Shown: piece after piece, positions 49,560-62,885 of the stretch
Position numbering within the stretch: position 1 is the first letter of the stretch
Layout: each line of letters begins with the position of its first letter
DNA from: Chiloscyllium plagiosum
Lineage: Eukaryota
Reading direction: 5' to 3'
Length of the DNA: 64,000 nt
Assembly (NCBI RefSeq): GCF_004010195.1
Contig: NC_057749.1
Span: 18,454,488 to 18,518,487, forward strand
Notes under the pieces: generated by a model
The model's database searches: none
The model's input: only the letters and a program-made list of their open reading frames with translations
Told to the model about the DNA's origin: nothing
Position numbers and translations under genes: made by a program

Positions 49560-52500
49560 CAATGGCTGCCTCACTTCAGATTTGACTTATTGGGAAAGAT
49601 AGACTGAAAGGAAATGGGGATGGTATAACTTTGCTGGTGAAGGAAGCGGTCAGTGCTATAAAGAGAAATGACATAAGCACTGGAGATCAAGGTCTGGAAT
49701 GAGTCTAGGTAGAAATAAGAAATAGCGAAGGGAAAATATACTTGGTATGAGGAAATATTAGAGGGTTGCAGAAAAGGCACGGCAATAATCATGGGTGATG
49801 TTAACATGCACATAGATTGGAAGAATCAAATTGGCAATAGTTGCCTGGAGGCAGAGTTCATTGAAGTATTAGAGATTATTTCTTGGAGCAGTATGTTATG
49901 GAACCAAGCAGAGAACAGGCTACTCTGGATTTGGTACTGTGTAATGAGAAGAGATTAATTGATGGCATCATAGTTAAGGATACTCTAGGGAGTAGTGACT
50001 ATAGTGTGACAGAATTCAAAATTCAATTTGGGGGTGAGAAAATGAAGTCCCACAGTAGTGTTCTGGAATTAAACAAAGGAAATTACATAGGCATGAAAAC
50101 AGATTTGTCCAGAGTTGATTGGGCAGGAAGGCTAAATGGTAAGACAGCAGATGAACAGTGGCTACTCAATTCCTCACAACTAAAATGTATCCATTGAGAA
50201 AGAAAGATGGTAAGGGGGGTAAAAAGCATCCATGGCTAAACAAGATGGTCAAGGACAATATTAAGTCAAAAACTAAGGTATGCCAAATTGCAAAGGCCAG
50301 TGGCAGGCTAGAAGATTGGAAAGCTTTCAAACAGACATAAAGGGATATGAAAAAAAATCAGTGAAAAGAGCTACGGTAAATTACGAAAGAAAACCAGCAC
50401 AAAATAGCGAAAAGATAGCAAAAGCTTCTGTAGGTTTATAAAAGGGAAGAGAGTCGCAAAGGTGAATGTTGATGCCTTGGAAGATGAAACCGGAGAATTA
50501 ATAGTGGGGAGCAATGAAATGGCAGAGATGCTAAATCAATACTTTGCCTCAGCTGTCATACTGGAGAATAATTAGATTCCCTGCAGTATGGGTACAGGCC
50601 CTTGGGCCCAACAAATCCACACTGACCCTCTGAAGAGTAACCCACCCAGACCGATTTCCCCATTTACCCTTGACTAATACACCTAACACTATGGACAATT
50701 TAGCATGGCCAATTCATCTGACCTGCACATCTTTGGATCATGGGAGGAAAGTGGAGCACCTGGAAGAAACCCACGCAGACACAGGGAGAATGTGCAAACT
50801 CCACAAAGACAGTTGCCCAAGGCGGGAATCAAGCCTGGGTCCCTGGTGCTGTGAGGCAGCAGTGTTAAGCATTGAGCCACCCATTTTGTTTTAAAATCGT
50901 GTTCTAAATTCTCATTATAGCACAAGACCCCTGAATCTTCTCTGACCACAACAGATCTGTCCTTGGAAAAGACCTTAGATTAAACACAACCACTGCAATG
51001 AATTGAAGTTGGCATGATCCTGAGCGCTACAATAATACCATTCCTACTGGAACGGGCAAGTCAAGGTGGCAACTTAGAACAATCAGCATCAATAGGGAAA
51101 AGGTGCTCAGCAAGCTATTAGGATTGAGGGCAGACAAGTCCCCTGGGCCTGATGGCCTACATCCTAGGATATTAAAGGAAGTGGCAGTGGAGATAGTGGA
51201 TCCATTGGTTACAATTTTCCAAAATTGCCTTGACATGGAAAGGGTTCCAGTGGTTTGGAAAATTGCTAATATTTCAATAAGGGAAGGAGACCGTATGTGG
51301 GAAATTACAGACCAGTTAGTTTAACATCTATTGTTGGGAAGTGTTCAAATCAATTATCAATGAAGCAATATCAAAACGCTATCCATCAGAGTCAGCATGG
51401 TATTATGAAGGGCAAATCATGTTTGGTTAATTTTCTAGAGTTCTTCAAAAATGTAACAAGCAAAGTGGATAATGGGGATCCTGTAAATGTAATATATCTT
51501 GATTTCCGGAAGGTGTTTGATAAGGTTAATTCATAAGATTGGATCATATGGGTTTATGACTAATTTATTAGCTTGAATAGATGATAGGCTCATGGACAGA
51601 GAGTCGGGATAAATGTTTTTTTTTCTAGATGGCAAGGCGTAATAGTGGGGTGCCATGGGGTTCCGTCCTTGGACCCCAGCTATTTACAATTTATATTAAC
51701 AACTTGGGTACAGGGATAGAAGGCTTGAGAGTCAAATTTGTGGATGACACAAAAACAGGTGGGATGGTAAATTGCAATGAGGAAATAAGAACCTTACAAA
51801 TAGATATGGATAGATTAGGAGAGTGGTCTAAATGTGGTATGGAGTCATAGAGATGTACAGCATGGAAACAGACCCTTAGGTCCAACCAGTTTAATGAGGA
51901 TAAGTGTGAGGTCAGGCACTTTGGTTGTAAAAATGGGAAGGCAGCCTATTATCTCAATGGGGAGAGACTTCGGGGCCCTCCGGTGCAGAGGGATCAGGGG
52001 ATCCTCATTCATGAGTCACAGAAAACTAGCCACACAGGCACAGCAGATAATAAAGAAAGTGAATTGGCTTTTATAGCTGAAGGAATAGAATATAAAGGTA
52101 AGGAAATATTGTTGCAATGATACAAGGCATTGGTGAGACTGCACCTGGAGTGTTGTGCACCGTTTTGGTCCTCTTATTTGAGGAAAGGTGTTGTGGCATT
52201 GGATGTAGTTCAGAGGAGGTTCACGAGATGGATCCCAGAGATGAGCAGTTTGTCGTATGAAGAGAGATTGAACAGTTTAGGCCTCTACTCTCTCTGGAAT
52301 TTAGAAGAATGAGGGGAGATTAAATTGAGGTATTCAAGATGATTGAAGGTGTGGATAAAATAAACGTGGCGCAGATGATTCCTCTTTTGGGGCATTCAAG
52401 GATGAGAGGTCATAGTCTTAGGACAAGGGGCAGCAAATTTAAAGGAGAGTTGAGGAGAAACTACTTCTCCCAAAGGGTTGTGAATCTCTGGAGTTCGCTA

Positions 52501-52700
52501 CGCCAAAGTGCGGCAGATGCTGGGATAGTGAGTAAATTTAAGGAGGAGTTACAGATTTAATTGGTAATGGGTTGAAGGGTTATGGGGAGAAGGCAGGAAA
52601 ATGGGGGTGAGGAACCTATCAGCCATGATCGAATGGCAGAGAAGACTCGATGGGCCAAATGCCTAATTCTGCTCCTATATTTTATGAAATTATGAACTTT
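49560..52700 (+). mobile_element. Long degenerate CR1 ORF2 (EN + RT) + 3' UTR
   Basis: EPSREQATLDLVL..GSSDY, KSPGPDGLHPRILKE, NYRPVSLTS, GSVLGPQLF, FVDDTK. Interrupted by a SINE and a short inverted CR1 tail at about 51842-51889. Confidence 0.9.
50572..50882 (-). mobile_element. HE1-like V-SINE
   Basis: Inverted head gtggctcaatgcttaacactgctgcctcacagcaccaggg and V core. Confidence 0.9.
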
Positions 52701-52768
52701 TATACCTTTATAATTAGGTTGCAAGTTAATGCCATTGTTGTGATTAATTTGGACGATCTGCTTTTCAG

Positions 52769-52944
52769 GGTCGTACCTGTCCTCCGGATTCTCTTTCTCG
52801 CCTTATGCCAATAAGGTTCCAGGGCACGAAGATAGCGATCGAGCTCGTGGGAGCCCTGGTGGAGGTAGCAAGCCGAGCTCTGAATCGATGGCCCTTGATA
52901 TCCTGCAGCAGCATGCCAGTCAGTACAAGAGCAGGTCACCAACA
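52769..52944 (+). CDS. ZNF609: ZNF609 coding exon (176 bp), (G)SYLSSGFSFSPYANK...ALDILQQHASQYKSRSPT
   Basis: Acceptor cttttcag ending 52768, donor ACA|gtaagt at 52945. Phase 1 start, phase 0 end. ALDILQQHA motif. Not in the ORF track in this frame. Confidence 0.96.
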
Positions 52945-53564
52945 GTAAGTAAGCAAGGCTGGCACCATAGCGGAGATGACCTCTGTCTACTGGGAACACA
53001 GCAGCTCATTTTATACCATGCAATACCGGTTAAATCAAATAGCCCCTAATTCAGAACCACTTTCTAGATTGTTTTAGTATAGAACCCACACCATTCTCCA
53101 AACCGTTAAACTGTGCATTTCAAAACAAGTTAGCATGACCGAATCAGTTCGAGCTATGTCATTTAGATGTTCCATTTGCGTCATAGAAGCAGAGAAAATA
53201 GAAGTGGGTGAAAGACTTTTGGCCTATCAAACCCTTGTGCCATTCAACACTTTCATAGCTAATCCTGTATTTCAGTGCCACACACTTTCCTTCTTGCCCT
53301 ATTCTCTTTGACATCTAAAACTGATAGCTTGACGTTTGCTTCCTTTTCAGTAACTTTGGGATCTCCTCTCTTTCCCATTGTGGTCTCTCCCCAGTGTCTG
53401 TACCTTCACTTGATGAATGTCATTAACCCGTTTGACATTGAGTGCACTCTACAGTCATCAAATTTCTTTCACTCTCAGTGCATATAGCTTTAACCTTTTG
53501 AAGTGATTGAAATCCCAAGAAGGTCTCTGAGCATGCGCAGGACGATCTCAAAATCCTAGTTATA

Positions 53565-54078
53565 GCATAGTGAAGAAGACGTTTGGTATACTTTCCTTTA
53601 TTGGTCAGAGTATTGAGTACAGGAGTTGGGAGGTCATGTTGCGGCTGTACAAGATATTGGTTAGGCCACTGTTGGAATATTGCATGCAATTCTGGTCTCC
53701 TTCCTATGGGAAAGATGTTGTGAAACTTGAAAGGGTTCAGAAAAGATTTACAAGGATGNNNNNNNNNNNNNNNNNNNNNNNNNNNNNNNNNNNNNNNNNN
53801 NNNNNNNNNNNNNNNNNNNNNNNNNNNNNNNNNNNNNNNNNNNNNNNNNNNNNNNNNNNNNNNNNNNNNNNNNNNNNNNNNNNNNNNNNNNNNNNNNNNN
53901 NNNNNNNNNCAACATTTAAGAGGCATTTGGATGGGTATATGAATAGGAAGGGTTTGGAGTGATATGGGCTGGGTGCTGGCGGGTGGGACTAGATTGGGTT
54001 GGGATATCTGGTCGGTATGGACGGGTTGGACCGAAGGGTCTGTTTCCATGCTGTACATCTCTATGACTCTATGACTCT
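53565..54078 (+). mobile_element. Young CR1 3' end spanning a gap
   Basis: ORF 53570-53962 and ctatgactctatgactct tail. Confidence 0.9.
53759..53909. other. Assembly gap (151 N)
   Basis: Run of N inside a CR1. Confidence 1.
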
Positions 54079-54229
54079 CAGTTCATTTGCCTTACTGGTC
54101 ATACTCCTTGCATTAAAATAAATACACTTCAGACCGAGGGTCATGATACCCATTGATACTAGCAACATAAGGCACGAAGAATAATGAGGTCCTGCAAATG
54201 GAGTCAGGGACTAGGGAGGAGGTTGAAAA

Positions 54230-57200
54230 GCAGGGTTGCAATCTTGGGAGTACTCCCTGTACCAGCGAGGCTAGGACTAAGAACATAGTACAGTTAAATA
54301 TGTGGCTAAAGAGCTGGTGTAGAAGGGACGACATCCGATATGTTGATCATTGGAATGTTTTCTGGGGCAGGTGGGACCTGTACACGAAGGACAGGTTGCA
54401 TCTAAACTGGAGGGACACCACTATCCTGGCAGGGGGTTCAGGAGGGTTTAAACTAATGTTGTGCGGGGTTAGCAACCAGAATAGTGGACCAGCATATGAA
54501 ATGGCTAAGGGAGGAGTTAGAGACTGTGGCCAGTCAGGCTAAGAAGAACAGATAGGGGAGCTACTGAGCACAGTGGGACTGAAATGTATTTGTTTTAACG
54601 CGAGAAATATGACAGGTAACAAAAATGAACTTGCAGCTTGGATTATTATATATAGTTATGTTCCTGTAGTTATTACAGAGACTGATTGAGAGAGTGACAA
54701 CTGGCAACTTAACATTCCAGGATTTAGATGTTTCAGACATGATAGAGGGGGATGTGAAAGAGCTTGGGGGAGATGTGTTATGATTATAAAGATTATTACA
54801 GCTGTACTGAGGGATGACACCTTGGAGGGTTCATCCGGCAATGCAGTGTGGGTAGAGCTCAAGGGTGCAATCCCCTTTGGGTTTTAATACAGGCCTCCCA
54901 AAAGCCAGTGGGTGATAGAGGAACAGATGTGGACAGATTATGAAACAAATGTAAAAATAGGGTTGCTCTGGTGGGTGATTTTAACTTCATCTATGTTGAC
55001 TTGGGCTCTCTTAGTGCCAGGGGTTTGGATTGGGGGGAGGGAATTTGCTAGGTGTGCTCAGGAGGGTTTCTTGAAGCAATGTGTAAATAGTCCAACTCGG
55101 GAAGGGGCCGTTCTCGATCTGATATTGGGCAATAATCAAAGTTTCAGTGGGAAAGCAACTTGGGAACAGCGACTTTAATTCTGTAAGTTTTAGGTTGCCT
55201 ATGGGTGGGGATAAGAGTAGTCATCTGGTGAAAATAAAGATGGGAGGTGGCTGACTATAATAATATTAGGTTGGAACTGAGGAATGTAGATTGGAATCAG
55301 CTGTTTGAGGGTAAATCCACATCTTTTAACGGCCAGTTGATTAGAGTTCAGGACCAGCATATTCCTGTGAAAATGAAGGATAAGGATGGCAATATTCGGG
55401 AACCTTGAATGATGAGAGAAATTGTGAGCTTTGTCAAAAGGAAAGGAGAAGCGTACGTAAGGTTTAGGAAACTGAAGACAGACAGGTCTCTCGAGCATAT
55501 AAAGAAAGCAGGGGAAAAAAAACAAGAAGTTAGGAGAGCTAAGAGAGGCCATGAGATGTCCTTGGTAAACAGGATCAAGGAAAACCCCAAAGTGCTTTAT
55601 CCATTTATAAGGAACAAGAAGGCAGCCAGGGAAAGGAGGGGATTTATACCTGAAACCAGAGGAAATGGGTAAGGTCCTCAACAATTACTGTCATTAATAT
55701 TCACAAAGGTAAAGGATATGGTGGATGGTGAGTCTCAGGAGAGATATGTTGATATTCTAGGGTATGTCGATATAAAATTGGTGTTGAGTGTTTTGAAAAG
55801 TATTAAAGTAGACAAGTTCCCAGGACCTGATGGGAGGTGAGGAAGGAAATTGCTTGGGCCTTGTCGAGGTCCCAGCGGAATGGAGAATAGCCAGTGTTGT
55901 TCCTCTGTTTAAGAAGGGAAACAAGGATTATCTGGGAAATTACAGGCCAGTGGCCTTACTCAATTATTGGAGAACAGTCTTAGAAACAGGGTTTACTCAC
56001 ATTTGGAAAAACGTGGACATATTAGCAATAGGTAGCATGGCTTTGTATGGAGCAGATCATGTCTCACAAAGTTGATAGAGTTTTTTGATCAAGTGACAAA
56101 GATGATTGACAGCAGGGCATTGATTTTGTCTACATAGGCTTCAGTAAGACCTTTGACAAGGTCCCTTATGGCAGGCTAATACAAAAGGTGAAGTCACATG
56201 GAATCTGCAGTGAGCTGGTAAGATGGATATAGAACTGACTTGGTCATGGAAAACAGACAGGAGTGGTGTAAGGGTGTTTTCCTGATTGGCAATATAGTGT
56301 TCAACAGAGATATGTGCTGGCACCCTTGTTTGTATTATATATAAATGTTTTTGAAGAGAATGTAGATGATCTAATTGGTAAGTTTGCAGATGACACAATG
56401 ATTGGATTAGCTGCAGATAGTGTGGAGGATTGCCAGAGGTTACAACAGGATATAGATAGGGTGAAAACTTGGGCAGAGAAATGGCAGATGGAATTTAATC
56501 TGGATAAACATGAGGTGAAGCATTTTGGAAGGTTTAATGCTGGTGGGAAGTATACAGTCAATGGCAGAACCCTTAGAAGTATTAACATACAGAGGGATCT
56601 CGGCATACAGGTCCATAGTTCCCAGAAAGTAACAACACAGTGGATAAGGTGGTCAAGAAAGCAGATACGTGTTTGCCTTCATTGATTGGTGCACAGAGTA
56701 TACTCGTAAGTTATGTTGCAGCTGTATTCCACATTTGGAATATTATGTACAGTCCTAGTTGTCAGACTCCCAGAAGAATGTTGAGGCTTTGGAGAGGGTA
56801 CAGAAAATGTTTAGAACATAGAACAGTACAGCGCAGAACAGGCCCTTCAGCCCTCAAAGTTGCGCCGACCTGTGAACTATTCTCAGCTCGTCCCCCGACA
56901 CTATCCCATCATCATCATCCATGTGCTTATCCAAAGATTGTTTAAATCTCCTTAATATGGTGGGTTTACCAGGGCCTTGCCTGACTTGGAGGGTAAAATC
57001 TATGAGGCGAGGTTGGAAAAATATTGTTTTCACCTAAAAGTTATAGGCTGAAGGGCAACCTGATAGAAATTTACAAAATTACGAGGGCTATGGATAGAAA
57101 GGATAGTCGGAGTCTTTTTTCCCCAGGGTAGCAATGTCAATTACTGGGACATAGATTTAAGGTAAAAAAGGGGAAAGTTTAACTGAGATGTGAGAGACAT

Positions 57201-57420
57201 TTGTTTACAAGGAGGGTGGTAAATGTCTGGAATGCACTACCAGAGGAGGGGGTACAGAAGGATATAATAGCATAATTAAAGAGGCACCATGACAAATATA
57301 TGAATAGAGGCATACGGACCGTGTGGAGGCGAAAGGTTTTCAGTTTGGAAAGATATAATTTGGGCATAAGCTTGGTGGGCTGAAGGGCCTATTCCTGTGC
57401 TGTACAATTATTTGTTCTTC
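54230..57420 (+). mobile_element. Near-full-length degenerate CR1 with ORF1 esterase remnant
   Basis: LNMWLKSWC...W...LY.KDRLHLN (SGNH-esterase-like ORF1 end), then EN (PTREGAVLDLIL) and RT (NYRPV, FADDT). Inverted CR1 tail nested at about 56812-56958. Confidence 0.88.
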
Positions 57421-58297
57421 TTTGAATCGTCTTTGTTTTTAAAGGGCAATAAAAAAAATCTGATCTCTTGCTAATTCCCCATTTCTTGATTTCCTGTGTC
57501 CAACTAGCAGCTGCTGCCTTTTACCCTTGGTGATTCTGTTTGAATTTTTTCATCAGTGAACGTTCTCACTGCTCCCTCTGATCTTGCATTTCAAAAGGAA
57601 TGTCTCCAAGCAGCTCGCTTTCTCATTCTGTACACAGTATCTCTTCCTCTCAGCAACACTCCATTCTCCTGTAAAAGGCAGGCCTTTCCAGTGCTTCATC
57701 TAACCCTGTTCATCCACTTCCACTCGTGCTCCTGGTCAAGGTACTGGAAGGCCTGCCTGTGACCTTTCTCTCCCTAGCCCTCCCGTTTTACACAGCTGTA
57801 CCTGTTACTAGATCGATCTGATTGTATCTCTTATTCTACAGAATCTTATAAACAGGCTCCCTCCATTGCTCATCCTTGCTCTGTTGAAATTTAGGCTTAT
57901 TGGTGTAGTCTTTTGATCTGACTGTTTGGTGACATCTGTAGGACTCTGTGCCCTCTCTCTTTCAGTCTTTCTCAGTTTGGAAGTCCAGCTTGGTATCATC
58001 TGGGAAATATTACCTCTGTTTCATTGTCTCGTGTCCTATTTGGTTTCCTGCATTTTGATTCTTTGTGTAGATTTCTCAATTAGAAGTAAATACTCAATAC
58101 TTCATCGGAGTTTGTTCACTGCTGTGAGACAGAGTGGAGGGGCACTGTAACCTAAATTACGTGCTAAACTTCTTTCTCTTATTCGGTCAGTCTCCTAAAC
58201 TGCCTGGTCGCACCTCGGTCCTGATAGTTCGCCTGTCATTCCAATGTAACGCAGGCTGCTTGATAAAAAGCTGAAATTCAGCTGTCATGTGCAGTTA

Positions 58298-58659
58298 AGA
58301 GAGTCATACAACACAGTGACAGACCCTTTGGTCCAACTTGTCTGTGCTCACCAGACATCCCAATCCGACCCAGTCCTATTTACCAGCACATGCTCCATAT
58401 CCCTCGAAACCCTCCTATTCATGTACCCATCCAGATGCCTTTGAAATGTTGTAGTCATACCCACCTCCACTACTTCCTCTGGAAGCTTGTTTCCTACATG
58501 TATCACCCTCTGTGTGAAAAAGTTACTCCTCAGGTCCTTGTTAAATCTTTTCCCTCTCACCTTATGCCATCTAGTTTTGGACTCCCCTACCCCTGGGAAA
58601 AGACCTTGGCTCTTTGCCCTATCTGTGCCCCTCATCATTTCATACACCTCTATAAGGTC
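58298..58659 (-). mobile_element. CR1 3' end, 5'-truncated
   Basis: ORF 58348-58746 DLIEVYEMMRG...NFFTQRV. Confidence 0.9.
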
Positions 58660-58733
58660 AAACCTCCTCATGAAAGAGAACGAGGAGAGCGAGCGATCGA
58701 TAAAGAACTGCCCCAGTTCTTCACCATCCCAGC
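58660..58733 (+). pseudogene. 74-bp duplicate of part of the ZNF609 exon (60117-60189)
   Basis: Direct alignment shows 3 substitutions and 1 inserted base. No flanking splice sites were copied. Confidence 0.93.
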
Positions 58734-59819
58734 CTCCAATCTCCAAAATATTAACATTAATAGAACGAAGGGAATGGGTAATCTGATTACAAATACATAT
58801 AATTTTGTCTTAATAGATTTATTAGCCAGAGTTGATGCTTTATTTTGGTCAAAATTGTTGATTTTTTTACTTTGCAAAGAATTGGTAGCATTGTCAAAAT
58901 CCCAGCCTTGCCTCCATTCTACTTGAGCTGTGCTGCTATGCAGGCAAAGGGCTACTCAGTAGATATTACTCTAGGCCTCAGAAAGCACGCTGATCAGCCG
59001 CAGTCATGTACTGATGTGCAAGTGTAGTAGAAATTTGTTCAGAACCCCACTGAGCTCCAAACCTGCCTCCAACTATCGTATTCATTTCGCCCATTGTAGC
59101 ACTGCTAAATTGTAAATTAGGGCAACATGAATTAATATTTTTTTATTTTGAATTTTACTTAAAGGGGACTTCTCTGTTTCTGTATTAGAGGAGGCTAGCC
59201 ATCTTTTAACTAGTCCAGGACTGGACAGAGAGTATTGCATTTTGGTTCATGCGAAAATATCTTGTGGAGGGATGCTCACTGCAAGGTAGTACTGGTAGAA
59301 TGGATTTCTCAAATTTGTAATTTCAAAACTGTTAAGCCATCACCTTAAAATGTAAAGTGATCTTCAGTTGAGAACGGTTGGAAATCTCCATCTGCTAAGT
59401 ATAATGATTCAAAGTGAAACTGGTTTAGGCCTAGTCAAGCAACACCACAATGCTCACATTTTCTGCCGTTTTTGTATTTAGTCACTTTCTCCCAGTAAGA
59501 TTTGGGAATGCTTGACAACTGATGTGATGAGGTTGGATAAAGGCATATTATTGAGATGACAAGAGAGCTATGTTTAATTGTTCTACTCTTGGGGTTGGCA
59601 TTCCCTCGCACTGACATCCCTCGCTTTGATAAAGATGAAATTTGTGTGTTCATAATATGGGGAACGTAGTTATCCTCCAGAGGTGAATATCTCAGTTAGT
59701 GTGCTCCGTGTCCTTGGTCGAGCTGAATACCCTTCACAATTGACTGATGCATCAAGGAAAGTGGATGGTCTTTTTCTTTGTCTTGACATGAATTGTTCCC
59801 ACAAGCAACAACTGTGTTG

Positions 59820-60060
59820 AATGACTGCTTAGCCAGGACACCAGACAGACTTCCAGCTGCTCTGTAAATAGTGTCATATGATAGTTTGTGCCCATTTTGA
59901 GAGACAGGATCTCAATTTAACACTTGATTCAGAAGAACACACCCCAAACAATACAGCAGTCCAGACACCGCACAGTACTGCAACCTGGGTAATTAGTTTG
60001 AATCCTGGAATGAGGCTTAATGTGATATCTTAGACAAGAGTACTCTTGACTAAGGCAAAT
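59820..60060 (-). mobile_element. Degenerate Deu-domain SINE
   Basis: ccaggacacc...ctgctct..aaatagtg.cat...gagagacag...tttaac resembles the inverted Deu core. Confidence 0.55.
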
Positions 60061-60107
60061 TGACCAAGATGTGTGTAATATTAATGGGTATTTTTTTTAA
60101 AACCTAG

Positions 60108-60267
60108 ACGAGTGATAAACCTCCTCATGAAAGAGAACGAGGAGAACGAGAGATCGATAAAGAACGGCCCCGTTCTTCACCATCCCAGCGACAGATCACC
60201 TCACATCATCACCTTGGGATGGGCTACCCGTTACTCCCAGGGCAATATGACCTTCCATATGCAACAG
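60108..60267 (+). CDS. ZNF609: ZNF609 coding exon (160 bp), [53 protein letters not shown](G)
   Basis: Acceptor aacctag ending 60107, donor ACAG|gtagga at 60268. Phases fit both neighbours. RPRxSPSQR and HHHLG..YPLLP.QY motifs. Confidence 0.94.
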
Positions 60268-60769
60268 GTAGGACACAGTTACTCTTCATGTACTGGTATA
60301 TTTAGAATTGGTAAGTGGAATTCAGTAATTCTGAGGTATCAGTTGATGGACAATGTTGCATTGAGCTGCTTCACCATCTTGACTGCAGCCAAGTTCCAAC
60401 CATGCATTCAGACCCAATGTTGGGTGTGTATTATCTCTTCCCACTTAACATTTCCTTGAAGTGATTTTTTTTAACTAAGAATGGTTTAATTTTAACATAC
60501 AACTGTGAAGTTACTGGATATCAAATTTATTCTAAAGTGGTTGCTGATGGCCGTTTCTTATTTGGCCTTTTGGGGTTTGATATAATTCAGAATAAATGTG
60601 TATTAAGGAAACAGTTATTAGTTCCACTATTAACATGGCTTATGCTCTCAGTTCTTATACAGCTGACAGATCCTCTAAATAATCACAGGAGGGGGACCAT
60701 TTGGCCCATCATTGTTCTGCCAGTCATTAAGATTGTGGCTGGCCTAAATCGAATTCCATAAACCTGCCA

Positions 60770-61355
60770 TAGAACATTACAGCACAGTACAGCCCCGTTG
60801 GCCCTCGATGTTGCGCCAACCTGTGGAACCAATCTGAAGCCCATCTTTCCTACACTATTCCATTCTCGTCCATATGTTTATCCAGTGACCATTTAAATGC
60901 CCTTAAAGTTGGCGAGTCTACTACTGTTGCAGGCAGTGCATTCCATGTTCCTACTACTCTCTGACATCTGTCCTATATCTATCACCCCTCAGTTTAAAGC
61001 TATGTCCCCTCATGCTAGCCATCACCATCTGAGGAAAAAGGCTCTCACTGTCCACTCTATCTAACCCTCTGATTATTTTGTAAATCTTAATTAAGTCACC
61101 TCTCAACCTTCTTCTCTCTAATGGAAACAGCCTCAAGTCCCTCAGCCTTTCCTCATAAGGCCTTCCCTCCATATCAGGCAACATCCGAGTAAATCTCCTC
61201 TGAACTCTTTCCAAAGCTTCCACATATTTCCTATAATGTGGTGACCAGAACTGTATGCAATACTCCAGGTGTGGCTGCACCAGAGTTTTGTACAGATGCA
61301 GCATGACCTCATGGTTCTGAAACTCAATCCCTCTACCAATAAGAGCTAACACACC
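60770..61355 (-). mobile_element. CR1 3' end
   Basis: ORF 60954-61352 LYKTLVQPHLEYC.QFWSP..LERVQRRFTRM. Confidence 0.92.
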
Positions 61356-62350
61356 GTTTGGGTTTGTTGCTGAGAAATCTTCAAGACCATCAATAATGCC
61401 CTTACTGGCATAAAGTTCACTAATGAGGAGGAAAACAACAACTAACTGCCATTCCTAGATGTCACAGTAGAGCGAACAGCCAATGGGGAACTTCAAACCA
61501 GCGTCTACAGGAAAACAACACATACGGACCAAATATTGAACTACAGAAGTAATCAATCCAACATCCACAAACGAAGCTGCATCAGAACATTATCTTAATG
61601 AGCCACCACACACTGCAGCACAGAGGAACTATGCAAAGCAGAGGAAATCACCTATACGATGTTTTTAAAAAGAATGGGTACCCAATGAACACAGTCCTCC
61701 GATTTCTCAGCAACAAGCCCAAACAAGCAGACAAAACACGTCCAGAAACCCTAGCCATGCTCCCCCACATCAAAGACATCTCGGAAATGACTGCCAGACT
61801 TCTCAGACCCCTTAGCATCATGGTAGCACACCAACACTAAAACAGCAGTTATACAGACAACAAGCAGAACTAATGTCATTTACAAAATACCGTGCAACAA
61901 CAAACACTACATTGGGCAAATAGGCAGAAAACTAGCCACCAGGATACATGAACATCAACTAGCCACAAAACAACATGATCCTCTCTCACTAGTGTCCTCA
62001 CATATGGATGAGGAAGGACACCACTTCGACTGGGACAACACATCCATTCTAGGACAAACCAAACAGAGACATGCACGAGAATTCCCAGAAGCATGGCATT
62101 CCAACCGGAACTCTATCAACAAACACATTGACTTGGACCCCATTTACTACCCCTTGAGAGAAAGAACAGGGAATGACATCACCAAACATAGAACTACAAA
62201 GCAGGAATCATTAGTAGTGCTTCGTCTGGAGGCTCACTGAAGATGGTACCTAACATGGTGATGGAACATCAGAAAATGAACATTCCAGCTCAGCGAGCAA
62301 AGCTGCATCTAGAGCCTCAACCTGAGCCGCAAATCTTCTCAAAACTCACT
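61356..62350 (+). mobile_element. PLE (Penelope/Poseidon-like): RT thumb, GIY-YIG, 3' end
   Basis: IKFTNEEE..LPFLDV..VYRKTTHTDQ.L, NVIYKIPC..HYIGQ. Degenerate hammerhead at about 62233-62274. Confidence 0.92.
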
Positions 62351-62885
62351 AATGATGTAAAATCCCTAACCACAGGAATGTGAACAAGGAAATGCTATAG
62401 ATATAGTTACCTGAAACATGTTGAATTATAAAGCAGCAGCACTTATCTAAATAGTGTATCTTCTGTATTTCAGCAACCAAAGTGCTATATTAAAATGATG
62501 TTGATAATGTTGAGGGAACTGTTTGGGTAGATGTGAAAAATTTCCAGACCACTAGTTTTCCTTTCCAGATTGGGGAGGTTACAATGTGTACATATTTCCT
62601 CAGCCTTCACTTTGGATGTGTCACTTTCATGGTCTGCTTTGGAGAAATTGCTGGGGGTCGAGGAAATTCTTGTCACACCTCTCTATTGTGTCTCTTAAGA
62701 CATTATGTAGCAGAGTGGGGGTAGGCTAGAGAAAGGAAGGCTCTCTTTAATCAGGATGGTCCAGTCATCATGGGGGTGGAGTGGGGCTGAAAAGGCCAAT
62801 TGGTCTGTTCCTGCTGATCTTGTTTGGTTTTGATTGCGTTGCTGCACTTGACCGTCTTACCCTGTAATCCTCTCCATATTACCAG

